A stretch of DNA of 64,000 nucleotides from Zootoca vivipara (Eukaryota), in the NCBI RefSeq assembly GCF_963506605.1, contig NC_083284.1, positions 16,492,001-16,556,000 of the forward strand, read 5' to 3'. The notes beneath the pieces are model-generated. The model saw only the letters and a list, made by a program, of their open reading frames with translations, was not told the DNA's origin and ran no database searches. The position numbers and the translations under genes were made by a program. This document shows, one piece after another, positions 12,337-25,118 of the stretch. The number at the start of each line of letters is the position of its first letter. Within the stretch, counting starts at the first letter, position 1.

Positions 12337-14461
12337 ATTTGAAATATACTTAATTTAAATAATTACCCTGGCTCCTGCTGGGTTCCAGGCCCAATTCAAA
12401 ATGCTAGCTTTGTCACTGAGAGCCTTTGTTAGAATACAATTCTCATCATCCCTCACAACACTTAGAGGACCAGGAATTCCCCCATCCCTGCCCTAAACTG
12501 ATTGGGATCAGGGTATCTCTGAAAAACTGCCAGTTTCCCTTCAAACTTGCCATTGCCCATGTTGTCATCGGAAGTCCTGTTCCAGGTACCCACATCTTGA
12601 GAGTAGAGGTTTGTACAGCTTCTCATTGGTGTTACTGTGTCTGGAACTTCTTTCCCCAGGAGGTCTGATCTGAATGACATCTTTTCTCCTTTCATAGGCA
12701 AGTACCTGTAAAGACATTCAGTTTGGGGAAAGCCTTGAGGGGAAATGCTTCACAATGAACTATTTTTTCCCCTCCTTGCTGCTAACCTTGTTGATATTGA
12801 TAGAAGAAACGTTGGTCTAATACTTGTCATAGTTCCGATCTTATGTCTGGCCTTTTAAGATTTTACAGTGTTTATTTTATTTTTATTTTTATTCTGCTCA
12901 TAAGCCTCTCTGGACACCTATTGCCAGGCAGAAAGGTGACATTTTAAACAAACATATAAATATATTGATCTCTCCACAGACTTTTACCAAAGTCCTCATT
13001 GTGGCATTAAGATAAACATAAACTGAAATCTCCTTGCCTGTGGTTTTAAAAGGGAGCTCAAGTTTGACAAGAATAATGATATAATGATACAGATTATTTA
13101 TCCTTGAGGATAGCAAATTTGAATATGAATATAGCCAAAATTTGCTGCCAAACAAGGATCCAGTTAAAAGCCGAATAACTTGTTAATAAACATCTAGTAT
13201 TAATGGGATGTAGATTCATTATAATGTTTGCAATCAGAGCACAGAATGTCACAAGCATTAGTCAAGACTTTGTAACAATATTGCTGTAATTGGATGGTAA
13301 TTTGCATCATTTGAATAAGGGAACATTGAATCATAGGAAGGGGCAAGAAATATTTTGTCTGTTGACAATAGTAAACAAGAAGCAGCTGACAAAAATGGCA
13401 GAATAAGTTCGAGACCGTATCAATCACTGAACAAATGAACAAGATCTGGATCAAAATTTGTAAACAAAGTTGTTGGAAGACCTACAGCATGTAAGTTAAA
13501 TAAATGTGGCTCCATGCTGCGGCATGTACTGTTCATTTATAGAAACAACAACATCATTCTTCAACATATCTAACGATTGCACAGCACTGTCAGCGTCCAT
13601 GACCAGCACCTACCGGTAGTAAGCAGGGACTACCAATATGGAGCAAGTGAGGTGCTCAGTGCAAAATCAACAGCATTGGATATTTGCGTTCAGTTGGTGT
13701 GTCCTGGGACCAACTATCAGATGGGTTGTAACAGCAGCACTACCACAATACAAATGTATGCTTGGGTTAAAGGTGGGTCCCAGCCCTAAAAATGTTGAAT
13801 CTGCTGTTTTAGAGGATATTGAAAGACCTCATCACTCACCACCCCCAGCTTCTCCTCTCTCTGATCATCTGCTGGGTCCAAGTCTTCTCTTTTACCCTGA
13901 GTAGACTATTCTTCCTGAAAACACCTCTGGTGATAGAGCCTCCTGACAGCCAAATAAGCAATCATATAGTGACTCTATAGTGACCAAAGGGCCCCATGTA
14001 CATGGATTTGTACGTGTGTGTGTGTGACATGCAAAATATTCCTTCTTTCCTTTTCAGTTAGCTGTTGTACCTTGATATTTGGGCACATGCATGGTAAAGA
14101 GAAGAGCAAAGCGCATGCACATACACTGTCCTGGAAAACGATATTCCTGGCTTCAAAAAGTGCTTTGCTTGCTTATGTTGTATTAAGCCTTGCTCATACC
14201 ATTGTTTAGCCCTGGTTGTGCTACTTGTTGATGGGGATTCATATTGGAATCTTTGTTAGGATGTGTATCCCATTGAAAGCAATGATGTGCTGAAAAGTAC
14301 TCATATTCAGACCACTTTCAGCCTCTGTTTCAACCCCTCTCCACTTAGCTTGGGCAAGAATTTCGGTCTTGTTTTTGACAACATGTTCTATTCTAACATG
14401 GGCTAGCTAACCTTTTTGGACCTGCGGCCACATCTGCAAGCCAGTAGGTGATGGGGCACTA

Positions 14462-14637
14462 CCTTATATGGGAAGCTGCCTTATATGAGTCAGGCGACTG
14501 GTCCATCTAGCTCAGTATTGTTTACTCCTGAGCTTCATATAGGGGTCTCTCCCAGCCCTACATGGCGATCTGGGGGACTGAATCAGGGATCTTTTGAACA
14601 CAGAGCATGTGCTCTACCACTGAACCACAGCCCTTCC
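14462..14637 (-). mobile_element. tRNA-derived squamate SINE with CR1-type tail (degraded)
   Basis: Minus strand ggaagggctgtggttcagtggtagagcacatg...ggctgggagagacccc...aatactgagctagatggaccag...aaggcagcttccc. Confidence 0.7.
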
Positions 14638-14661
14638 TGAAGCAGTGGTGGGTTTTCTTAA

Positions 14662-14812
14662 AGCTAGATAGCTCAGTTGCTTAGAGTGTGGTGCTGATAA
14701 CGCCAAGGTTGCAGGTTCGATCCCCGTAAGGGACAACTGCATATTCCTGCATTGCAGGGGGTTGGACTAGATGATGCTCAGGGTCCCTTCCAACTCCATG
14801 ATTCTATGATTC
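14662..14812 (+). mobile_element. tRNA-Ile-headed SINE with CR1-type tail
   Basis: tagctcagttgcttagagtgtggtgctgataacgccaaggttgcaggttcgatccccgta is tRNA-Ile-like; tail is the same as at 12268-12336. Confidence 0.85.
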
Positions 14813-15040
14813 AAGAAGGGCATGGCTGACTGGCTGGAACCTTGAACAGGAACCCGGAGAGTTAAAAATGTGGCTAATAATTGTAGAACCCTTGTAATCT
14901 GAACCCAGAATTGGGGAGGGGGGATTTCACATCAGAATTGGACAGTTACCAAGCATTTTTCCAACTGCCTTGCACTCTGTAGGTGTAGCACTATGAGGCA
15001 GAAATGAATGGAAGCCTTCCTTTCTGCAACAATGAACTGA

Positions 15041-15042
<2 letters not shown>

Positions 15043-15094
<52 letters not shown>
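15043..15094. repeat. (CA)n microsatellite
   Basis: Direct inspection. Confidence 0.95.
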
Positions 15095-15097
<3 letters not shown>

Positions 15098-15730
15098 ATA
15101 CACTCATTCTTTGTATACACATTCTTTGTTTGACAATTGTTTTTGTTTGAAGATCACACTTTAATGAAAGAGAACTGTCCCAAGATAAGTTGTTGAGAAT
15201 AAGGGGCAAGAAGTGGCAAAGCAAAATTTGGTTTCATTCTCTTGCACCACAGGGGTTAAATGCAGTTTTATGTGCCAAAGGAAGACACTGGGAGGAAGAA
15301 AGCTGTGTTTTTAAAAGTTTCTAAGGGGCTATTCCAAAGTCAATGGAGAGTTTTATTAAAGCTTTTGTTGAAGCATTTGTCTGCAAGCAGTGATTAAGTC
15401 TTCCAAGGGAAAAAGAAGAAGAAGAAAAAAGGAAAGCAAGGACATGTCAGCATTCATCTGTCAGCGTTTCTTTGGAACACAGAGAAATTTTGTTTCCTTT
15501 TCTTCCTCCTTAACTAACAAAGCATTTTAATGGGAATACTTTGAATTAAGGCATTGTATGGGCTTCTTCCATATGTGCTTTTTTTAAAAAGGAGGAAAAT
15601 AGAAATTGTCTTGTAATTCTCTCTGGATGTGTTTGACAGCAATAGTTTGTGTGTGTGTGTGTTTTTTTTTATTTAATAAATAAAGCAAGTATAACAGTTT
15701 TTGGAGTTCAGAACAAATTATTTTGTTAAC

Positions 15731-16760
15731 TGTGATGAATGAAGGTGGCAGCATTGAGTGGGTCGAGAAGGCAGACCTCAATAGCCTGATGGAAATTTTG
15801 CCAACCATGGCCTTGGGGGGGGGGTCAATGTGGCCGCAGATGTGCTGATAAAGGGGTGTGAGCCTCCCCCCCAGCTGAAACTGCACAGAGAAGGTTGAGT
15901 AATGTGCTTGCACACTTTTTGACGACCAAAGGTGGCTTTGTTATCAGCTACTCCTCAATCCACTCACAATGCGGGTTCTCTATTATAGAGAGCACGATTT
16001 GCGGTAGGGGCTAGCAAACCACGCCTTAGTCAAAGGTGGGGGCATGGGTGGCCACCGTTCGATTTGATCTGGGCTGTTGTTGGGCAAAATCGCTTGTTGC
16101 AATTTGGTAAGTCAAGCCCCTGGGGTACAAATACTTAAATGCTTGGTTTTTTCCTTCTCTTTGGCTGCGTTTCTGATCCCTACCCTCCCTCCGCTGTTTT
16201 TTAGGCCTCTGTGTTGACATTGCTATGACTTCGTTGGTCGCCTGTATTCAGGGGCCGGTAGGAATTTTTCCCATTTGGCTGATTGGCTGGTGCCATCTGG
16301 GTTTTCGCCTACCACATAGCAAATAGTCACAACTTGTAAGGTTGGCGGTTAGGCATTGGTTATTTTGGTTGTATTAATGGGTCTTCTTGATTAAGTTGGC
16401 CCCAAGTTTATGCCTGCGTGGTTGGGGAAATCCCGGTCAGGAATACAGGTGCTCTATGCTGTGTCCGTAACCCCAAGGTAGGGGGCCAGGACGGCATATT
16501 GATGCCTCTGGGAGCATGAAGGGAGAGGGAAGAGTTCATTGCACCCGGGTCCCCGTCTCTCCTTGTTGGATTTCCCCGTGTTGACAAGGCAAGTTATTAT
16601 TATCATTTCTGTCCTTAGGTGACAGTTGAGAACCAATGCCTACGCAACCACGCACATGTTTTGGATTCAATAAAGTTGTGGCCAAATTCATGCCAAAAAC
16701 CATTAAATCTTGTCTATGTGGTGAGTTATTTGGGGGGTGGTTTGGGGACCTCCACACGCA
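15731..16760 (+). mobile_element. ~1-kb LTR-like or DIRS/Ngaro-derived non-coding element
   Basis: TG...CA ends, GC/CpG-richer than flanks, AATAAA at 16669-16674 followed by gttgtggcc; no TSD and no long ORF seen. Confidence 0.45.
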
Positions 16761-17510
16761 ATGCATGGTCCTCTTTTGCCCAGACAGGGAACCCTGTCTG
16801 AGGCGTGCATTAGTTGTTGGTTAGAAGGCCTGTGCTCCAATATATTAGACTGGCTGCAGAGATAGGTGGAGTTTTGTGGTGAGTGCTTTGCTGCATGCCC
16901 CTCATGTAGCAGAAATGGCATTGGGTAGGATATAGGTATAAAGAAGCATAAATACAAAAGAAGCATTACTCCATGTCCCACAGTGTGTGACAAAATTCTG
17001 GACTGGAACCCATAGCCTGCAGTGCCGTTTCCAAGCGTAATGTGACCAGGCTACTGGGTCATGCTTTTCAGTGCCTGAATGTGAATTCATCCAAGATGTT
17101 TCCTGGTATAGTTGTGCTAGGTCCCACTGAAAAAAGAATGCAAAATTAGACAGACCCTTTGCCTGATCTAGTAAGATTTTTCTGAAATCATCATTATTTT
17201 TAGCTTCCCTATCAATGCATATAAATGCGTTTATAAGTTGCCTGGTTCATGCACAAGTTCAGAATGCAGTTTATGCATATTGAAGGGGCAATTCTGAAAA
17301 CACTATGTTAATGCTATCTATCTGTTTCAGATTGGTGCTTATTCTCCTTATTCACCATAGATGTTTGGTGTATAGATGTATCTTTTTATTGAAAAAACAT
17401 TTCCAAAAAGCAACTTTTAATGTATTTGTGTTTTAATCCATTTTAAGTTTATTGCTATTTTAACTTTTTGAAAGTCTGAAATTATTGCTGTTAATTTATC
17501 TTATTTTTTA

Positions 17511-17518
17511 TCTATCTG

Positions 17519-17551
<33 letters not shown>

Positions 17552-17566
17552 ATATATATATATATA
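17511..17566. repeat. (TCTA)n(TA)n compound microsatellite
   Basis: Direct inspection. Confidence 0.9.
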
Positions 17567-18213
17567 ATTTTTCAGTTTTTTTCAGTTTTTAAGTTTAAGA
17601 CAGAAAACTAACAGCACACAAAGATCGCATATACAAAACTGCAGAGTTGTTGCTTTCTTCATAATCAGTTAGGGATAGAGATGGAATCTGTTCTAAATAG
17701 ATTTAAATAAATTTGATGATTCTGACCCAATCAAGCTTTGCCTGCATCAAACTATTCCTGCATCAGGCACCTTTTATGCTTCTGCAAGTTTCATTTTTTC
17801 TTTAAAAATAAACTAATTATATGAAAAAATGTGCATATATTATACACATAATACTTATAAAAGAGTGAAGCCCCATGTAGCACTATATTTTTGTAGCATA
17901 ATTGTATAGGTATTAATACCTAAGTATTCTTATGCAGTTATATGCATTGTTGTCTGTATCTAGTTAACATCAGGAAACCTGGAGTTCATATGTGTATAAC
18001 ATGCATATAATACTTTTCAAGTAACAATGTGTAGAATAATAATGGATATAATATGCTATTATTGTTCACATTACATGGTTCTTATCGAGATCAGGAAGCG
18101 AGATGGCAATTAGATAAAAAGGATGTGGATAAGCATATCACTGAGATTTTCAGAAAATTCCACTCACACATTCAGTCATCTTCCTAAACTATTATTTTGT
18201 TGGCATACTACAG

Positions 18214-18307
18214 GATGTTTTGAATAACTTGGGCTCCTGTGACCTGGATGAGGATGACCTCATGCTCGACTTGGAATTCCTGGAAGAACAGCATCACAGG
18301 CGTTCTG
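18214..18307 (+). CDS. CCSER1: CCSER1 internal coding exon (94 nt; probably equivalent to human exon 4)
   Basis: Acceptor ...catactacag|GAT and donor TCTG|gtaagc. Translates DVLNNLGSCDLDEDDLMLDLEFLEEQHHRRS, matching the recalled human CCSER1 segment DVLNNLGSCELDEDDLMLDLEFLEEQ. Starts in phase 0, ends in phase 1. Confidence 0.95.
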
Positions 18308-19783
18308 GTAAGCCAGCCTGATGGGCCACATTTACAACTTAACTATTCTTTTTGAATGAGATTTTGCTGAGTGCACTTTTCAGGAAGTGTGTAGTAAAAT
18401 ACATTATTTATTTATTTTTAAAAAAGAAGGGAGTGTGGATTATATATTTAGCCATTTTATGGCCTGAATAGCCTCTAGCATTTGCTATATAGGATATCAT
18501 TCTCTTCACTTGAGATGCTAATTTCTTGCTTAACCCTATTTATAATGATGCAATTACCTGGAGATCAAGCTGTTTTTCTATGGATCACTTCCATAGGCCA
18601 GTTTTCAAATGGTGGACTTACTTACCTTGCTGAAGAAACCCAATTGCTTGGTAATTGGAGGCACATTAGTATTCCATATGTTTTTAATGCCCAATGTCTA
18701 AAGGTCAGACCTTGAAAAGCCATCTTTCTTTGGTCAACATTGTTATGTTGCTGAAACTTTTTTCTAACCTTTTCTAACCTTTTTTTCTAATTAGGGGTCG
18801 TAATATTTGAATTTCTGCCTCCCATTTAATTCTTGTTTTGTAACATTCGTTAAATTTTACCTGCTGTCTGTCACTTGGGCCGTCTCATTGAATGAATAAT
18901 TCACTGACACAAAAGCTCCCAAAATAACATTCACACCCAAGCATGCCAGGAAGCATCTATTCTTATTTGAATGTTGCATTGAGCAATAATCTTCGATAGA
19001 TATATTAGAATCTTTTCCCAGTGGGCTGGTGACTGTAGAGCTACCAGCTACCCCTGACAAATCCTCAACAAAATTGGATCAGGTGGTGTTTGCTGGGCAT
19101 GCACAACCACACAGTTTGCGTCTGTTTTCTTTCTTTAATGGGTTCTAACTATATTACACCCAGGGTCACATAAACATGTCCAGGAAAAGGTAACATTCCT
19201 TTGAACCTGTAAGAGGGAGAACGGCAAACACAACCCTACCCATTTGTTCTGTGCAACTCTCTTAGCATCCTTCTTGTCTGGAAGGAGTTGTACTATGATA
19301 ATACATGGAGCCTCTTTTGATAGTAGATGATTGTTCTTCATCTCAGCACCATGAGTGATTGAATGCTCCAATCACACACCTGTCACAGAGGAATCTACTT
19401 CAGCAGAGGCAGAACCAGAGTAACAATACAGCTTGCATTCCATGTCTCTACAGGACCACCTGCTTCCACCTTTATTTATTTTTGAGATTGAATACCCCAG
19501 GGTGGTTTTTACATTCTGGCCATAAAAACAACGTAAAGCACAAAACAACGTAAAGCACAACTAGGCCATAAAAACAACGTAAAGTACACCTAGGCTGCAC
19601 AGAACACAAAGAAAAGCATAGCACAGACTCGACAAGGTCTAGGAAAATAACAAGGTTAACTTGATGCCGAAAGGTTAAACTAGACTCCAGGTAGGCCCCC
19701 TTGATGTTGCATTTCCCCATCACTTTCCTTACTGGAAATAGGGTGATCTTTTGGGGAAGTGCATTGTACAAAGCCACCCAATC

Positions 19784-21231
19784 TTTTTTTTATAAATACT
19801 TTTTTATTAAATTTTCCAATTAAAAAAAAAACAATTCAATTATTTCAATTATATCCAATTATACATATACATATCAATTAAGCCAAATATTATGCCAAAT
19901 CCTTAAAACAATTTTTTTTCGACTCCCCATGCTCCAAAGTCCTGGGATTTTAAGCAGCTGTTAACATTGCCATCCTAATCCTATTGTCAAAATCTTGCTG
20001 TTATCCATCATAGTCCCAATCTTTTCAATAATCCTTCTAGATGTTTTCCTCTCTCTTTTATCTTTCGTCGCAGCTTCTGAGATAAGCATCAAACAAGATT
20101 TAACACTGTCCATTTTTCCTGTGTGGGTTTTTTATCCAGTCCAACCTCCCCATAAATCTCTCTTAGTCCAGTATGCCTTTCTTGCCACGTCAACAGTCCG
20201 ACACAAACCAGCGCCATTTTAGGAATCTCGGATTCTATGCACTCTTCTTCCAAACTTCTTATAGATTTTGCACGAGTCCAGCTTTTGGCGTGGAACAGCT
20301 GTTTCACATTATGTATAACCTCTTATGATTGACTTACAGCCTTCCTCGTCCTTCAGCTGGTCCCCGCACTCTGAGACTCCCGTTTGGCTGCTACTATCCA
20401 TCAATTTTCACATACGCCACAGCTTAGCGCCATCTTGAGTGCCTCGGGATGTACCTTCTTCTTCCAAACTGATTATGAACTTAGCGAGAGAACAGCTTTT
20501 TAGCGAGGGGCCGTAATTGATTTATAGCTTTCCTCACCTTTCTGCTGAACCCTGCAGTCCGAGACTCCGATTAAACCACAATTAGCTCTCAGATTCCAAA
20601 GACGCCACAGCTCGTAAATCCCACTCGTCAGCGGCATTCAGGCAGTACAGATAAACGTTCCGGGGAGGGGGGGTTTCCAGTTAAAAAAAACATTTTCTAA
20701 AATCATACCAGATGATAATCCTCTATTTAAATAAGATCCAATGCCACACAGTTCATTTCCATTTCTCATTTGTCTAAAATAATCAGGCAGTCCGTCCAGG
20801 AAAGTTATATGTACGTCTTAAAATAGGAAAATAGAAAGTTCACTTCCCTTTTCGTTCCGCCCCAGTCATTCTTTTCTCTTGATAAAATACTCCCTCGGCT
20901 CTTCTCGCTCAGAAGCTGATAAAGTCCTGGCAGTATCTTCTTCCCTTTCCTTTGAAGCATGTCCATGGTTTTAAATCTAATTATTCTTCTTAATCATGGC
21001 GTTCGTGCTCGCATGGGGGGCCTCCAGGAGTTCCGGCCCCCATGAGTGCTTAGCCCAGTCCCCCCACCCCTTCAAGAATCGGGGTGGGTTAAGGGGCACC
21101 CGCGGGCCAGCGGCCCCCCCCGTCACCCCGGGGGGGGGTCAGGGGACTGCCTTACTCCCCTGGCAGCCGCCAAAATTCCTCATGGGAGTCGGGAGTGATG
21201 GTACGGGTCAGCCATAACTCCCACGAGCACG
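19784..21231 (-). mobile_element. Non-coding poly(A) retroelement, probably L1-mobilised
   Basis: 12-bp TSD agccacccaatc at 19772-19783 and 21232-21243; on the minus strand a GC/CpG-rich 5' end, AATAAA and an A-rich tail. Confidence 0.8.
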
Positions 21232-22408
21232 AGCCACCCAATCAACTTTATTTGTGCTACCTGAATTTGCCCATATGTGATTGATGCCCACCTGAAACTC
21301 GTGACAATCTGGAAGCACCCTAACTTTTGAAGTGCACAGTAAAGATATAAATGTCAAAAAGTAGAATTCCCTATGTATTAAACTTAAATAGCTATCTCTC
21401 TTGCTTTACACCTCACTGAAACTTTCAGCTCAAACAACAGCAAAAATATTTGGCTTGCATTTTGACTGGGTGGAGACTTTGGAACTCCCTCCAACTCTGG
21501 TAATAGGGATATTTCAAGGGGGAATTAATTTAAAACTTTGGGGGTGGGGCATGCCATCTGCTGGGGCAGCAACATACCATATCTTTCCCCCCAGCTCTGC
21601 CTCCTGTGGTTGTGAAGCTTCTCTTGGCACAGGCTACTTTTGAGACTTCCTGCAAACAGGGCATTGATTTGGTGGGAGGCGAGGATTTTTATTCAATGAT
21701 AGGCTGGTCTTGTCCTAAAGAGAAAGCCTGTTAGGTGGCTTGTGTGTTCTCTCCCCCCCCCCAACAACTTTTAAATGAATAGCCTGCATTTTATGGTCAC
21801 CTACCTTGCAGGACTACTGTGGAAATTTAACATTCTATTTTTTGTAAAGTTCTCTGCGTGTGGCGTGGGGGGAAATGCCGCTGTGAAGTGCTAAATATTT
21901 ACTTGGAATCCTTTGGCGCTTCCCACATTCTGTCAATACCGAAATGCTTAAAATTGAGCCTAATATAACAGACATGATCTGCCTTAGGGGGTGCCTGTTT
22001 ATTACACCACATAAATTAGAAGCTTACATGTTTCAAATGCACGAAAGGAATTGTTGTGACAGCTTCGTACACAGGTTACTGCTTTTATAGGGTGGAAACC
22101 CATCAAGTGTTTATGCAAAGAAGCCTAGCATTAGTTTAACCTTGTTTGTTCTAGTCCCCCTTCCTATTTAAATGTGTCTTATATAATGCAAAACATTGAT
22201 TTCTGAACTGTGCCTATATAAATGAAGAGCACATACCTCAGTGCTGAAAGGAAGGGACCATTGAAACAATTGTGTAAGGGTGGATATCATTTGTGCATGG
22301 CCACAACTCAATTACTATGCCCTCAAGCTTCAAAGCAAAAAGCTCTGGGTTCTCCTTATATGGATTAAAGTAAAATAAAGTTAGCCAGGAAAGGTAGGGA
22401 TCAAAAAA

Positions 22409-22535
22409 GGGTTCTGGGATATGTGGACTCAGGTATTGTTGGACTACAGCTCCCATCATCCTTGACTTTTGGCCATGCTAGATGGGGCTGATGGGAACTG
22501 GAGTTACTTGGAGAGCCATGGATTCCTCACTCCTG
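22409..22535. mobile_element. Degraded palindromic MITE
   Basis: Inverted core ggactacagctcccatcatcc...gatgggaactggag. Confidence 0.6.
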
Positions 22536-23517
22536 AAACAGATCTACGTGAGGCATGATCACGGTAGATATTGCCTCTTAATGCACTTAACAAAAAGTAA
22601 AAAGAAGTCGTTGAACAAATCTGCCCTGCTCACTGTTTTGTGTTTCAAACTGGTGGTTAGTTCAAAATTAAAGCAAAAGCTTTTGATTTCCAAAAAGGCA
22701 TGAGAAAGGGGGAAGAGGGGAAGGAGAGTTTGCTAGCTGAGGCTCACCACAGCCTCTTCTCATAGCAGAAAATAATTATTTCCCACTGTAACTCAACCTG
22801 GCCAGAACCTCTTAAGATGAAAGGGATATGTTCAAAAGGGAAGCTTCTGGGATTCTAAAAATCCCAGGGGGACTCTAAAAATCTCTACTGAATTGCCCAA
22901 GGGTTAAATTAAGCTTCAAGTAAAGGGGAATCAGTCTTTTTATAGTGGATTGTGTATCCAGCTAAATAAACCCTATTATCTTCTGATCCAGCTCTACCTT
23001 TATGCTATCAGATATCAGGGAGGGGGGAATAATATGAAGCTGTGCATGCAGTCTAATTGATTAAACGTATGTTTTCTAGTCTTGGGCAGCACAACTGAAC
23101 CCAGTACATGAACAAAGAATTGCAGGGCATGCTCACAAGCACTGGAATTGCAGTCAGGTTTGCCTGTGGAACTTGTGTATAAACTTTTTAGCGCTCTTTG
23201 TGGCATTTTTAGAAATGACAATTAAAAATAAAATAAATTAATTGGGGGTGGGGTGTTACTTGCTTTAAAGTTTAGTGTTGTGCCACTGTGTCCATTTAGT
23301 AATACAATATAATGAGTTGGCAGTGTAAAATGCCAGTGAAATAATTAAGGTCTCTGGGTTATTCTTCTGCCAGGTGTTCATATAATAGGTTTCTCCCACT
23401 CCTTTAGGCACATGGAAGGACAGAATGCTGGTTTTTAAAAAAGGTTTCTGTTGTCCAGCGCAACAAATTCCAGCAATTTCTTATTAACATATTACTGAGA
23501 GATTCATCAAATAAAGG

Positions 23518-23561
<44 letters not shown>

Positions 23562-23998
23562 TTATTATTTATACCCCGCCCATCTGGCCGGGTCTCCCCA
23601 GCCACTCTGGACGGCTTCCAACAAAAGAATAAAACACCACAATCTATTAAACATTAAAAGCCTCCCTGAACAGGGCTGCCTTCAGATGTCTTCTAAAAGT
23701 CTGGTAGTTGTTTTCCTTTTTGACATCTGTTGGGAGGGCGTTGCACAGGGTAGGCACCACCACCGAGAAGGCCCTCTGCCTAGTTCCCTGCAACTTGGCT
23801 TCTCGCAACGAGGGAACCGCCAGAAGGCCCTCGTTGCTGGACCTCAGTGTCTGGGCAGAATGATGGAGGTGGAGACGCTCCTTCAGGTATACTGGACCGA
23901 GGCCATTTAGGGCTTTAAAGGTCAGCACCAACACTTTGAATTGTGCTCGGAAACGTACTGGGAGCCAATATAGATCTTTCAAGACCGGTGTTATGTGG
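23518..23998 (-). mobile_element. L2-clade LINE 3' fragment with (TAA)n tail
   Basis: ORF 23982-23647 LYWLPVRFRAQFKVLVLTFKALNGLGPVYLKERL...RAFSVVVP...FRRHLKAALFREAF. Confidence 0.9.
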
Positions 23999-24359
23999 CC
24001 TGTTTGGTGGCTCTGAGGACATTATGAAGCACTAAAATTGCATTGCAATCAACTATTCCTTTCACCTTGCTTTGGACCATATTTTTCTGCGGCTGTTGAG
24101 GACCAGCTCTTGTTTCGAAGGGCTCTCAGTGGGCCCAACTGCTCCTCACTGCGGCCAGCTCTCCTTCTGAGAGAGCCAGTGACTATCAGGGGCAGCTGAT
24201 CATTCTCCTTAGCTGTGGCTGCTTTATTTCCTGCAAGAGCAGGTGGATGAACAAGAGGCCGGACTGGGCCTAATCTTCATTGCCACCAATAAGGGAAACT
24301 GAGCGGTTGTGGACTTTGCTGCTGTTTTCTTCAATGCTGCTCGCTCTCTTTCTCCAGGC

Positions 24360-24495
24360 CAGGAACCCCCAAACTCGGCCCTCCAGATGTTCTGGGACTA
24401 CAACTCCCATCATCCCTAGCTAACAGGACCAGTGGTCAGGGATGATGGGAGTTGTAGTCCCAAAACATCTAGAGGGCAAAGTTTGGGGATGCCTG
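24360..24495. mobile_element. Palindromic hAT MITE
   Basis: Same family as 921-1056. Confidence 0.85.
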
Positions 24496-25080
24496 CCATA
24501 GAATGTGTATCATCAGGCAACTGCTGGGTCCCAGTATACCAGCAGGGTCCACTGCTAATATCTGCTCAGGGCCCACCCTTAAAGCAACATTTTTTCAGTG
24601 GTCAAGCTAAGTCTGGGGTCCCTTCTTAAAGTTTAGCAGAATGCCGCAGAATGGTTCTTCATTGGAGTCACTGTGAGAAATTATAATGGCGGCTACATTG
24701 GAGGGCTGCTATTGCCACCTGCTGCTCCCGTCTCCAGGTAAGCCTGTTGGATTTGCCAGCTGATGAAGAAGGGACTCACCAGAGAACACTTTGCTGAGGG
24801 TCCCCTCAACTTTGAACTGGCTCTGCACTCATCAGAGAGCTGACCCTGTCTGCAGCCCTACAAGGAGTGCCCCACTTAGCTTTCTTGCTCTGCGCTGTAT
24901 GAAATAGTCGGATGTTGTTGGAAACATGTAAAAAATAATAATAGTTGATTGACTAAACAGCAAAATACAGTAACTCTCCCATAAACTGCAACTGTAGTTT
25001 GCACTACTGCAGAGAGCCACATTAATCACCAGGCAATAACTATCTTTGATCTTTTAGAAGTGGGTGAGATATTTTAAATG

Positions 25081-25081
<1 letters not shown>

Positions 25082-25112
<31 letters not shown>
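25082..25112. repeat. (CA)n microsatellite
   Basis: Direct inspection. Confidence 0.95.

Positions 25113-25118
<6 letters not shown>

Noticed and set aside
13100-13500. Purine-rich stretch ending in a gtaag donor-like site, possible extra exon
   Set aside because: Stops in the frames examined and no similarity to CCSER1 recognised.
14662-14735. tRNA-Ile(GAT) gene
   Set aside because: Degenerate stems and the same CR1-type tail; SINE head.
20996-21231. CpG-island promoter of a host gene
   Set aside because: Lies within the TSD-bounded retroelement as its 5' end.
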